The position numbers and the translations under genes were made by a program. The notes below the pieces were generated by a model that had not been told where the DNA came from, searched no databases, and saw only the letters and a list, made by a program, of their open reading frames with translations. Shown here piece after piece: positions 14,689-25,534 of a stretch of DNA of 32,000 nucleotides (position 1 is its first letter; every line of letters begins with the position of its first letter). The DNA is taken from NCBI RefSeq assembly GCF_000341895.1, contig NC_020409.1:1170001-1202000 (forward strand). Reading direction: 5' to 3'. This stretch comes from Pseudodesulfovibrio piezophilus C1TLV30. Its GTDB lineage: Bacteria; Desulfobacterota; Desulfovibrionia; Desulfovibrionales; Desulfovibrionaceae.

Positions 14689-15897
14689 ATGAAAAAATTT
14701 CTTTCCATCGCGGAAGGCAAGCTCGTCAACGACGGGATGCAGCCGACCGCCAAGGCCAAGCTCGAGCTTCTGACGGACTCCGAGGACGCCCAGCCCACGT
14801 TCCCGTTCATACTCGAAAGCCTCGGCCTTCACGCCTGCCTGGATGCCATGGACGCCGTGCCTTACCAGCACGAAGATTTCGTAGAGACTACGCTCAGGCT
14901 GCTCGCCATCGACGCCGCATACCGCGTCATGCCCCTCTGGGAGAACACAGAAGTCAGCCAGGACGGCCTCAAGGACCTCCTGCAACTGGCACACCTTTAC
15001 GCACACGGCGAGGTTGAGCACGAGGAGTACCAGGAACGCATGTGGGAGGTCGCCCAGCCGATCATGCGCGAGGACAAGTCTCACTCCAGCATCACCGCTG
15101 CTCAGACGGCAAGGGACTGCGCCCTGCTCTCCGCGTCACACAGCCTCATCCCGGCCCTGAACAGAGCCATAGAGGCCGTGCAGAGCCACCACGGAGGCAT
15201 CGCGAGGGGCTGCGCGTACAGCTACAAGGCCGACCAGGAACACGCCCTGCGCTCCGCCTGGGAGCACGGAGGCCCGATCTCGTTCGGCGCAACGTTCGCC
15301 GTCACGTCAAAGCACGTCCTGGCCGCTGTCGAGGCAGAGATATGGCACGTCGCCTACACCATCGCCGACGAGCTGCTCGGATTCGTCGGCTACGAGAACG
15401 TTGGTATCACCCAAAAGGAGATGAGGAGCTTCCTCATGGAGGCCCTGGCATCAGCGGGCGAGGACATCGCACACGAAGTATTGCACAAGGGAGCAAGGCT
15501 CGTGATCGACACGGCAATGGCTGCCGGATCGTTTGATGAAGCGAGGGATTTAGCGCGAGACGCCGCTCAGGGAGTGTTCAGAGACGCCTGCTCCGATCCC
15601 GACATGTACGAGCAGCTAGCTATCGGCAGGACGGCAATCGCGACAGCCTGCCACGACTTCGAGGACCACGAGGCGTTCGCCATCTGCCACGCCCTGCACG
15701 ACCTCCACGAGGGGAGCTTTTACAAGATTCACCCGATCAACGCCAAAGCGAATGAGATAGCCAAGATCGTCGCCCTAGCTGCCAGGAAGAAGCTTAGCTT
15801 GGAGCAAATGGCGTATGCTGCCGCAAGTGGCTACGCTGGCAATGTAGAGATGGGTATCCAGACAGATGTTCTGTCTCATTTTTTGTCAGACGCATAG
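14689..15897 (+). CDS. Hypothetical helical protein (family member P3, 402 aa)
   Basis: The composition is coding-like (Ala/Glu/His-rich, helical). It shares LRSAWEHGGPISFGATFA and an 83-aa collinear block with 6858..7814. The long opposite-strand ORF 13603..15084 is a GC shadow. Confidence 0.75.
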   Translation: MKKFLSIAEGKLVNDGMQPTAKAKLELLTDSEDAQPTFPFILESLGLHACLDAMDAVPYQHEDFVETTLRLLAIDAAYRVMPLWENTEVSQDGLKDLLQLAHLYAHGEVEHEEYQERMWEVAQPIMREDKSHSSITAAQTARDCALLSASHSLIPALNRAIEAVQSHHGGIARGCAYSYKADQEHALRSAWEHGGPISFGATFAVTSKHVLAAVEAEIWHVAYTIADELLGFVGYENVGITQKEMRSFLMEALASAGEDIAHEVLHKGARLVIDTAMAAGSFDEARDLARDAAQGVFRDACSDPDMYEQLAIGRTAIATACHDFEDHEAFAICHALHDLHEGSFYKIHPINAKANEIAKIVALAARKKLSLEQMAYAAASGYAGNVEMGIQTDVLSHFLSDA

Positions 15898-15898
15898 C

Positions 15899-15935
15899 AA
15901 CTTCGCTCAGTGGTCCAACAAAGCGGCCCACTTCT
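15899..15935 (+). mobile_element. Orphan right-end terminal repeat of an IS related to the IS3-family element at 27366-28659
   Basis: GCTCAGTGGTCCAACAAAGCGGCCCACTTCTGG (15904-15937) matches GCTCAGTGGTCCGATAAAGTGAACCCACTTCTGG (28628-28661) at about 29/34 positions. It ends with the same CCCACTTCT terminus. No transposase gene is attached. Confidence 0.6.
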
Positions 15936-16043
15936 GGGGCTTGATTTGTCGTTTTAAACAAAAGAGCTTCGAGATACGGGCACAACACAAATTCCGACTA
16001 TGATTCATTCCCCAGACTTAAGCCTTAATCGGCGGGCCTCGGC

Positions 16044-16253
16044 TTAAGAGTTATTAGGGTCGTCCTTGCGGGAAGGCCTGTGCCCCCTCAGTTCGTACGG
16101 GGCTACCAGCCAAACTGCTCCAAGCAATATAATGGTGAGGAGCGCCATATTGACGGTCGCAGAACAGATCAGCCCTGCCGAAAAGCCGTTGCTGATGGCT
16201 GATGTAGTCTGGCTGAACTCGTTAGGTAGCTGGAATATATTGATGAAGTTCAT
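16044..16253 (-). CDS. Small hypothetical membrane protein (69 aa)
   Basis: AAGGAG lies 7 nt upstream of the ATG at 16253. There is one clear hydrophobic span (VNMALLTIILLGAVWLVAPY). It sits in an AT-rich junction region. Confidence 0.5.
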   Translation of the reverse strand: MNFINIFQLPNEFSQTTSAISNGFSAGLICSATVNMALLTIILLGAVWLVAPYELRGHRPSRKDDPNNS

Positions 16254-16483
16254 TGTCTTTCTCCTTGTCTTGCTCGCTAAGGCACATTCTTTGTCCTGAA
16301 TCTACAACCACACTGTATGAAATTGTTGCTGAGGCAAGTAGATGATTCCTTCTAAATTCTTGTCTGATTCTCCGAAAGAATGTGGGAATAGGCGGCAATA
16401 AAAGAATAACCCTGCCTTATTCTCCGGGAGACACAGATTTGTGCTCCCATCAAGGCAGGGCTTCATGTCGGGGGGAGGCGTGG

Positions 16484-17116
16484 TTAACGGATGAAGTCGG
16501 TTAGGGACCGTGCTTCTTCTTCAGGTAAGGCGATGCCCGCTTTCAGACCCGCTTCCTTGCATTTGAGCACCCAGGCCATGTTCTTGCCGAGCACACGCAT
16601 GATTTGCACGCCTTCCTCGTCCTTCATAACGTCCTCCGGCGTGCGACCATGAACCATGTTCCAGTATTGGGACGAGACCACGGGCATTTCACCCCAAGTC
16701 ATGTATTTATTCAGCTGATCAAGGGTCGCGGTGGTGCCTGCCCTTCTGGCAGAGGCGATGGCCGCGCCGGGCTTGAGCCGGAAAAGCCTTTGGCCGGAGA
16801 CATAGGTGGAATAGAACAGCCTGTCCATGAATGACGTCATCGAGCCGGAGGCGGCAGCGTAATGGACGGGCGAGCCGAAAACGAAACCGTCTGCGTCCTT
16901 GGCGAGCTCCGCGAACTCGTTGACCTTGTCCTTGAACACGCACTTGCCGTCCTCGGCGCATTTCATACACGCGATGCACCCGGTCATGGGCTTGATGCCA
17001 ACCTGAAAAATCTCGGTCTCGATGCCTTCATTGTTCAAGGCTTCCTCCACGATTTTCAGGGCGGTATAGGTGCAGCCCCTCGGGTGCGGGCTGCCGTTAA
17101 CCAATAGAACTTTCAT
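16484..17116 (-). CDS. FMN-dependent NAD(P)H oxidoreductase, iron-sulfur flavoprotein (Isf)-like
   Basis: The flavodoxin-like fold start is MKVLLVNGSPHPRGCT. A compact Cys cluster GCIACMKCAEDGKC (CxxCxxCx5C) is followed by GFVFGSPVHYAAASG. Confidence 0.85.
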   Translation of the reverse strand: MKVLLVNGSPHPRGCTYTALKIVEEALNNEGIETEIFQVGIKPMTGCIACMKCAEDGKCVFKDKVNEFAELAKDADGFVFGSPVHYAAASGSMTSFMDRLFYSTYVSGQRLFRLKPGAAIASARRAGTTATLDQLNKYMTWGEMPVVSSQYWNMVHGRTPEDVMKDEEGVQIMRVLGKNMAWVLKCKEAGLKAGIALPEEEARSLTDFIR

Positions 17117-17128
17117 TTCTCTACTCCG

Positions 17129-18127
17129 TTATGGCTGTGGCTTAATATGTTTTTCCCAGAATATGGTAGCGTCTCGGACCCACCCCTCAGCGTCGGTGCC
17201 GATGCCCAGGCCGAATCCGTGGCCCGCACCATGATACATGTGGTATTCCACGTCGATTCCCGCGTTCTGCATGGCCTGCACCCGGCGCTCCACCACGGAT
17301 ACGCTGACGATGGGATCATCGTCGCTGACCATGACGAAGGTGGGCGGGTCGGTCCTGGTGAGCTCGGAATGCCCGGTGTAGGCCATGATGATGGCTGCGG
17401 GCTGCGGTAGGTCGTCACCGCCGAAAGCGGCTGCGCCGTGCGATCCCATGTACGCGACCATTCTCGCTCCGGCCGAGCCGCCCCACAACGAATAGCTGTC
17501 GGTGCCGATCTCAAGGGTGGCTGCGTTCCTGAAGACGTATGACATGGCCGCCGCAAGGTCTTCGGTGGCACGCTGACCGCTGCCCACGCGGTACTGGATG
17601 ACGAAGGCGTTGTAGCCCCGTTTGCTCAGTTCTAGCGCGTGGGGGATTCCCTCATGGATGGAGCCCACATAGGAGAATCCGCCGCCAGGACAGACGATGG
17701 CAAAGGGCTCGCCGGGCTTTCCCTTGAAGAAGAACAGCCCGGTATTCGCCTTTGTAGGATCAGCCGCCTTCTGCGCATCCGTGTAGAAGGCGTGGAACAC
17801 GGGAACACCCGCCGCGACTTCGTCGATCAGATGATTCAGCACCGTCACCGTCGTCTCCACCCGGATATGACTGTGGTACGGCAGCAGGTAGTCGATATCG
17901 CCCAGCCCCATCCGGTTATCGATCCGGCGCATTTCGCCGGGCAGGAGAAATTGTGAGAATCCCTTGAACGCCGGATGGTTCAGGACGACGGCCACGGAAT
18001 CCCCGGCCTTGATGCGTTTGAATGTCGGCACGTAATTCTCCGATGCGGCGACGGAGGCCGCGAGGCAGCAGAAGAGAACCACCGCCAGTGAGACCACCCG
18101 TCTCAGCAACCGTTGCGCGGTGCGCAT
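17129..18127 (-). CDS. Exported alpha/beta hydrolase (esterase-type)
   Basis: Sec-like signal MRTAQRLLRRVVSLAVVLFCCLAASVAAS. The oxyanion region is VCPGGGF, the nucleophile elbow is GGSAGA, and the C-terminus carries HGFG. Confidence 0.85.
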   Translation of the reverse strand: MRTAQRLLRRVVSLAVVLFCCLAASVAASENYVPTFKRIKAGDSVAVVLNHPAFKGFSQFLLPGEMRRIDNRMGLGDIDYLLPYHSHIRVETTVTVLNHLIDEVAAGVPVFHAFYTDAQKAADPTKANTGLFFFKGKPGEPFAIVCPGGGFSYVGSIHEGIPHALELSKRGYNAFVIQYRVGSGQRATEDLAAAMSYVFRNAATLEIGTDSYSLWGGSAGARMVAYMGSHGAAAFGGDDLPQPAAIIMAYTGHSELTRTDPPTFVMVSDDDPIVSVSVVERRVQAMQNAGIDVEYHMYHGAGHGFGLGIGTDAEGWVRDATIFWEKHIKPQP

Positions 18128-18132
18128 TGCGC

Positions 18133-19134
<1,002 letters not shown>

Positions 19135-19169
19135 TTATGTTTGCGATGAACGTCACCGCTGATGCCGAT

Positions 19170-20252
19170 TTAATCCAGTCCCTTTTCGTGCAACCATGCG
19201 GACAGCAGATCGGCCACTTCCAGATTGTTTGTATCCGAGAACGGGAAGTGGGTGTTGCCGTACACGCCGACCTCGGGCAGGTGCACCACGGTCGCGTCGC
19301 CGCCGTGCCTGTTCACCGCCTCTGCCCACTTACGGGCCATGATGAGGCGTATACGCCACTGGTCCTTGCCCAAATCCTTGGACGGCTCATCCGGGATATT
19401 GTCGCCATAGTAGATAACGATGGGGATTCTTGTCAGTTTCATGAACTCTGACAGGGGAACGCTCGCGGGCTTGAGGTCGCCGAACTCGCTCTTGACGGGT
19501 TCAGGCACTTCGCCTTCCGGGAAGATGAAGTTACTGCCCGGCTCATAGGAAGCCACCGCACGAATCTTGGGGCTCTTGAGGACGGTTTCCCAGCCCATGC
19601 CGCCGCTGTGCGAATGGGTGATCAGGATGCCGTCGCCGATCTTATTGAACAGGGCGTCCACCGCATCCGAGTTGACGTTGATGTCGATGGGGCCGGTGTC
19701 GGGCGTCATCTGGCGGAAGTACTGGTCGATCGCCTCGGGCGTCTGCGCGAACTGCACGCCCGGGTAGAAGTCAGGCCACACACCTACGCGGAACATATTG
19801 AACCAGAACTGCTCGTTGGGAGCGGTCGAGATGGGCGCAGCTTCGATGGTGCGTCCGGAATTGCCGCGTCGCGGCTGATCCAACACGTACACGCCGAAAC
19901 CACGGCGCAGGAAGATGTTCTGATATCCCTCGCGACCATCCGGAGTGCTTTCCCAGGTCTTGGAGAACTGGCCAAAGCCGTGCCACATGACCATGGGGAG
20001 CTTCCGGGCGTTCTCCGGAATCTGATAGAAAACGTAGGCATGGTCGCCATGGTAGGTCTGCCCCTCAGGCGCGGTAGTGTACGGGGTATACGTGCCGGGA
20101 GCGGTGATAACCTCTCCGCCGACAGCGAAACTGCCCTGGTCCTTGAGGGTCAGGGCTCCACGACCGCCGTTGACGGCGGCCGTGGAACACGCGGTCATGA
20201 GGAACATTGCCGCGAAAAGCAGCAACAGCGGTAAACGAAATACTTTCTGCAT
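19170..20252 (-). CDS. Alpha/beta hydrolase, probable lipoprotein
   Basis: Signal with a Cys (LLLLFAAMFLMTAC/STA). HGFG lies after beta-3 and the nucleophile region is ILITHSHSGGMGW. Confidence 0.8.
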   Translation of the reverse strand: MQKVFRLPLLLLFAAMFLMTACSTAAVNGGRGALTLKDQGSFAVGGEVITAPGTYTPYTTAPEGQTYHGDHAYVFYQIPENARKLPMVMWHGFGQFSKTWESTPDGREGYQNIFLRRGFGVYVLDQPRRGNSGRTIEAAPISTAPNEQFWFNMFRVGVWPDFYPGVQFAQTPEAIDQYFRQMTPDTGPIDINVNSDAVDALFNKIGDGILITHSHSGGMGWETVLKSPKIRAVASYEPGSNFIFPEGEVPEPVKSEFGDLKPASVPLSEFMKLTRIPIVIYYGDNIPDEPSKDLGKDQWRIRLIMARKWAEAVNRHGGDATVVHLPEVGVYGNTHFPFSDTNNLEVADLLSAWLHEKGLD

Positions 20253-20290
20253 TGGTGTCTCCTTTCAGGCTTCCGCCTGAGTATCGTAAA

Positions 20291-21148
20291 TTAGAGTTCC
20301 AGCTTCCTTTTACCGAGCCACTTAACGATCGCCGGATCGCGGTGGTCGAAGAAGCTGCTCACGCCCATATCCAATTCAGCGATACGGGCCATGTCCGCGT
20401 CAGCAAGCTTGAACCCGAAAACATCGAAGTTCTCCTTCATCCTTTCCTGACGGACGGACTTGGGAATGACCACGACGCCGCACTGGATCAGCCAGCGAAG
20501 CACTACCTGGGCCACGCTCTTGCCGTACTTGTCGCCGATGGCTTGCAGGACCTCATTGGAAAAGAGGCCGTTTCTGCCTTCGGCGAACGGACCCCAGGAC
20601 TGAACCTGGACGTTATTCTCCTGAAGAAACTTCTGGGTCTCGATCTGCTGGCAGAATGGGTGGGTTTCGATCTGGTTGATGGCGGGAGCGATTTCATTGT
20701 GGATCATGAGGTCCATGAGTCGGTCAGGGTGGAAATTGCACACGCCGATGGCCTTGACCCGACCATCACGATACAGCTTTTCCATCGCCCGCCAAGCGCC
20801 ATACACATCGCCGTACGGCTGGTGGATCAGATACAGATCGAGATAGTCCGTTTGCAACTTGGCAAGCGACTTGTCGAACGCCTTCAGGGTCTTTTCATAC
20901 CCGGCATCCTCCAGCCACAGCTTAGTGGTAAGGAAGATGTCTTCCCGCGCCACTCCGCTCCCGATAATGCCCTTTCCCACGGCAGTTTCATTCAAATAGG
21001 AAGCGGCAGTATCGATCAGGCGGTAGCCCGTTTCCAGAGCCTGTGACACGGCCCGTTCGCATTCTTCGGGGTCGGTTATCTGAAACACGCCGAATCCCAA
21101 TATGGGCATCTCCAAGCCATTGTTCAAAGTGACTGTTTGCATATTCAT
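20291..21148 (-). CDS. Aldo/keto reductase (short, 2,5-diketo-D-gluconate reductase-like class)
   Basis: Contains [40 protein letters not shown] and VVIPKS, typical of ~280-aa AKRs. Confidence 0.9.
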   Translation of the reverse strand: MNMQTVTLNNGLEMPILGFGVFQITDPEECERAVSQALETGYRLIDTAASYLNETAVGKGIIGSGVAREDIFLTTKLWLEDAGYEKTLKAFDKSLAKLQTDYLDLYLIHQPYGDVYGAWRAMEKLYRDGRVKAIGVCNFHPDRLMDLMIHNEIAPAINQIETHPFCQQIETQKFLQENNVQVQSWGPFAEGRNGLFSNEVLQAIGDKYGKSVAQVVLRWLIQCGVVVIPKSVRQERMKENFDVFGFKLADADMARIAELDMGVSSFFDHRDPAIVKWLGKRKLEL

Positions 21149-21293
21149 ATCCTCACGTGGGCATCCCCACCGTTAAAGCTTTTCACTGCATTCTCCGAGA
21201 GTCAAACCGCTCGTCAAAGAACAGAGGCGATCTTGTCAGGATTTTCGCGCCGACCAACTCATGTTTTATTTCTACTGCCGCGAGTTGGAGACG

Positions 21294-21330
21294 AATAGAC
21301 TGATTCTATCAATTTTTTGCACAATTATCC
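21294..21330. promoter_or_regulatory. Conserved 37-bp box, copy 1 (between the AKR operon and the AraC gene)
   Basis: AATAGACTGATTCTATCAATTTTTTGCACAATTATCC aligns without gaps to the copies at 25391 and 26741. 20/37 columns are identical in all three. Confidence 0.55.
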
Positions 21331-21400
21331 GGGACGAGCTCCGGAGCTATTGCCCAAAAAGAATTGAAACTGTTATCTGTAAGTGGAAAGGAGGCTTTCA

Positions 21401-22339
21401 ATGAGCAAAAACTCAAGAAATGACATCAGTACCGCACGTTCGGCCTTGGCACAGCAAATTGTCCGCTTGACCGAAAAACAGAATCGGCTGGAATCAGATA
21501 TTCCGGGATTGCTGCTGTTCAGATACGAGGCACCCACTGAACCTATTAGCGCCATGTATGAACCCAGCATCTGCCTTGTCGTCCAGGGGGCGAAACGAGT
21601 CAGGCTCGGGGAGGAAGAATATGTCTATGACGCCAACCAATACTTGATAACCTCTGTGGGGTTGCCCGTTGTTGCGAGCATCATTATGGCCAGTGAGGAA
21701 GAGCCATTGCTCGGCTTGGTCTTTAAGCTCGACCTGAACGTGGTGTCGCAACTCATGGTGGACAGCAAACTCCCTGTCTCACGCTCTCCCAATACGGGAA
21801 CAGGCATGGCCGTCAGCGAAGTGTCCGCACAACTACTCAACAACTTCAGCCACTTGCTCGACCTGCTGGACTCCCCGGAAGACATACCGATTCTCGCGCC
21901 GCTGGTTCAGAAGGAAATCCTGTACCGCCTGCTCATGGAAGAACAAGGACAGCGCATCAGGCACATCGCCACCAAGGGAACCCAGGGACATCAAATCGCC
22001 AAAGCCATCGATTGGTTGCGAGTAAATTATGTCAAGCAACTCAAGGTCGATGGATTGGCAAAAGAAACTGGCATGAGCATATCCACCTTCCATCAACATT
22101 TCCGCGCGACGACGGCCATGAGTCCACTGCAATACCAGAAATGGCTCCGGCTTCACGAAGCCCGCCGCCTCATGTTGGTGGAACAACAGGACGCTACCAC
22201 AGCCGCATTGCAGGTCGGATATGACAGCCCATCCCAGTTCAGCCGTGAATACAAGCGCCAGTTTGGTGCTCCCCCTCTTCGGGACATCAAAGCCCTGCAC
22301 GAGATGGGGCAAACGGAAGTTTTGTCAGGATCGGCGTAG
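21401..22339 (+). CDS. AraC-family transcriptional regulator (AraC_N-type sensor domain plus C-terminal dual HTH)
   Basis: AGGAGG lies 7 nt before the ATG at 21401. The C-terminus reads FHQHFRATTAMSPLQYQKWLRLHEARRLM...VGYDSPSQFSREYKRQFGAPP. Confidence 0.9.
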   Translation: MSKNSRNDISTARSALAQQIVRLTEKQNRLESDIPGLLLFRYEAPTEPISAMYEPSICLVVQGAKRVRLGEEEYVYDANQYLITSVGLPVVASIIMASEEEPLLGLVFKLDLNVVSQLMVDSKLPVSRSPNTGTGMAVSEVSAQLLNNFSHLLDLLDSPEDIPILAPLVQKEILYRLLMEEQGQRIRHIATKGTQGHQIAKAIDWLRVNYVKQLKVDGLAKETGMSISTFHQHFRATTAMSPLQYQKWLRLHEARRLMLVEQQDATTAALQVGYDSPSQFSREYKRQFGAPPLRDIKALHEMGQTEVLSGSA

Positions 22340-22372
22340 GCCTCCCTCCGCCACTCCGATTGTCGATATAAG

Positions 22373-22402
22373 AAAGGGGCGTCAGATGTGACGCCCCTTT
22401 TT
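22373..22402. terminator. Bidirectional rho-independent terminator
   Basis: Stem GGGGCGTCA / TGACGCCCC (22376-22384 / 22389-22397), AAA on the left and TTTTT on the right. It lies between convergent genes. Confidence 0.75.
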
Positions 22403-22429
22403 GTGTTTGTTCCGATACTGGCTGTTCAC

Positions 22430-23122
22430 CTAGCTTTTGTAACCGATCTCAACCAGCCATTCCTCGACATCCGGTTCCGCCCGAGCCACGACGTTTCTGG
22501 AAACGGTGAAACCGTTTCTCTCGACTCGTGCATTGGGCTGTAATTCGGCGATCGTACTGATGGTGTTCGAAAAACCGCTCCCACCGTGCGTGTTGAATGG
22601 GATGACGGTTTTGCCGGAGAGATCATAGGTTTCAAGGAAGGTGTACAGAGCCATCGGCAAGTCGGCCCACCAATTGGGGTATCCGATGAATACCGTTTCA
22701 TACGCATCTATGTTCTCAATCTGACCGGCTAAAGCGGGCCTCTCCTTTCTTTTCTTCTCTTCTTTAGCCAGTTGTACCAATGTCCGGTGGTCGGTCGGGT
22801 ATGGCTTCAGCGGCTCAATGCGGAAGATGTCGGCCTCGGTCTTTTCCTGGATCAGCTGGGCGACGTATTGCGTGTTCCCCAGCACTTTCCCGTTGATGAC
22901 GACTGTACTGTTGTCTTCGTCACGGGTCATATTCTTGGGGTTGTCCGTTTCAGGCATGGAAAAATAGACAACAAGTATTCTTCCTCCTTGCGACGCAGCC
23001 GCACGCGATGGAGCAGCTAAGGCTATGGGGCCAAGAGCTCCCAGCATGGTGGCGGCACCAGCCAATTTCAGCATCTGCCTGCGGGAATATTTTGCAGGGA
23101 TCATATAATCTTTTCGATTCAT
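22430..23122 (-). CDS. Flavodoxin-family protein with twin-arginine (Tat) signal
   Basis: SRRQMLKLAGAATMLGALGPIALAAPSRAAA is followed by ILVVYFS, GNTQYVA, YPNWW and FNTHGGSG (flavodoxin-like fold). Confidence 0.85.
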   Translation of the reverse strand: MNRKDYMIPAKYSRRQMLKLAGAATMLGALGPIALAAPSRAAASQGGRILVVYFSMPETDNPKNMTRDEDNSTVVINGKVLGNTQYVAQLIQEKTEADIFRIEPLKPYPTDHRTLVQLAKEEKKRKERPALAGQIENIDAYETVFIGYPNWWADLPMALYTFLETYDLSGKTVIPFNTHGGSGFSNTISTIAELQPNARVERNGFTVSRNVVARAEPDVEEWLVEIGYKS

Positions 23123-23147
23123 TTGTGTTCCTATTCTTGTTCCGTGA

Positions 23148-24340
<1,193 letters not shown>

Positions 24341-24351
24341 ACTTTCAGCTC

Positions 24352-24843
24352 CTACTTTTCCGCCGGGGTATTACCCTGGCTGTATTGCTGGTCGCTCACC
24401 TTTTCCATCCATTCAACGGATTTCCCATCCAATAACTCCGTTATGGCGATATGCGTCATACCGAAGGTCGGACACGCCCCATGCCAATGTTTCACTCCCG
24501 GAGGAATGCGTACGATGTCACCGACACGGATTTCCTGAATAGAACCTCCCCAATGTTGCACCCAGCCAACGCCCTCGGTCACGAACAACGTCTGACCAAG
24601 CGGATGAGTATGCCAATTGGTGCGGGCTCCGGGCTCGAAGACAACTGTACCTCCCGCCATGCGGGCGGGAGCATCAGCTTTGAACCTGGAATCGACGTAT
24701 GCGGTGCCGGTGAAATAGTCATTGCTGGCTTTAACAGCTGGCGCGGAACCAAGCCTGGTAACCACGATCGCCTGATCAGATTGGGCCGACACACTGGTGG
24801 CGAACAGCATCAACACAAGGAAAACAAGTACGGACAATCTCAT
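24352..24843 (-). CDS. Exported cupin-domain protein
   Basis: Signal MRLSVLVFLVLMLFATSVSA/QSD. The cupin motifs are GARTNWHTHPLGQTL and GDIVRIPPGVKHWHGA. Confidence 0.85.
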   Translation of the reverse strand: MRLSVLVFLVLMLFATSVSAQSDQAIVVTRLGSAPAVKASNDYFTGTAYVDSRFKADAPARMAGGTVVFEPGARTNWHTHPLGQTLFVTEGVGWVQHWGGSIQEIRVGDIVRIPPGVKHWHGACPTFGMTHIAITELLDGKSVEWMEKVSDQQYSQGNTPAEK

Positions 24844-24863
24844 AAAAGCTCCTTTGCCGGGGC

Positions 24864-25268
24864 TTATTTTTCGTTGAAGACTTCTTTGGCGACCTTAATG
24901 GCGGTCACCGAATTGGGCCAACCGGCATAGAATGCCAAATGGATGATGGTCTCGACGATCTCCTCTTTGGTAACGCCGTTGCGCAAGGCGAGCCGGATAT
25001 GCGAACGAAGTTGGTCAGGCCGGTTCATGGCCACCAAGGCGCTGACGGTCACCAGACTCCGATCCCGCTTGGACAATTCAGGCCGCGCCCAGACATCGCC
25101 GTACAGCACATCATCAGTAAGCTGGGCCATTTTGGGAGCGATATCGCCGAACAGTTCCTGGGCGCGCGTCTGCTTCTTGGCAGGAGCTTCTTCCTGAGCC
25201 TGGGCAGCGGTTCCCATAAGACAGACGACTAACATGAAGACAACAGCAATCATTCCTTTCGCTTTCAT
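24864..25268 (-). CDS. Exported carboxymuconolactone decarboxylase (CMD/AhpD-like) family protein
   Basis: AGGAGA lies 6 nt before the ATG at 25268. The signal is MKAKGMIAVVFMLVVCLMGTAAQA. The body contains GDVWARPELSKRDRSLVTVSALVA...EIVETIIHLAFYAGWP. Confidence 0.85.
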   Translation of the reverse strand: MKAKGMIAVVFMLVVCLMGTAAQAQEEAPAKKQTRAQELFGDIAPKMAQLTDDVLYGDVWARPELSKRDRSLVTVSALVAMNRPDQLRSHIRLALRNGVTKEEIVETIIHLAFYAGWPNSVTAIKVAKEVFNEK

Positions 25269-25390
25269 TGTGTTCTCCTGAAATTTCTCGGTTGACGGCC
25301 CGATGAAAAGGGCCATTTCATTCATCGAATGTCCCGGCGAAAACCGCCGGTTATCCTTTTTATTATTCATATGAAGCGACGGAAGCCGTG

Positions 25391-25427
25391 AATAGATTGT
25401 TTCTACGGATTTCTTGCACGATCATAC
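25391..25427. promoter_or_regulatory. Conserved 37-bp box, copy 2 (upstream of the CMD-cupin-AKR-flavodoxin unit)
   Basis: AATAGATTGTTTCTACGGATTTCTTGCACGATCATAC lies 123 nt upstream of the ATG at 25268, in the same orientation as the other copies. Confidence 0.55.
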
Positions 25428-25481
25428 GAAAAGGGAAAATCTGAGGAGGATGGCGGATGAGACGGATTGACCGATGGAAAC

Positions 25482-25509
25482 AAAAAAAGGCGGCCGCAAT
25501 GGCCGCCTT
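25482..25509 (-). terminator. Rho-independent terminator after the 25535..26593 gene
   Basis: Stem AAGGCGGCC / GGCCGCCTT (25487-25495 / 25501-25509). On the minus strand it is followed by a T7 run (A-run 25482-25488 on the plus strand). Confidence 0.7.
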
Positions 25510-25534
25510 GAAGAGTCAGACGTAAGCCATCAGG

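Noticed and set aside
13603-15084. 493-aa minus-strand ORF opposite the integrase and P3 genes
   Set aside because: It is a shadow frame in GC-rich DNA. The plus strand encodes a complete integrase with catalytic residues. The minus ORF would bridge two separate plus-strand genes and their spacer.
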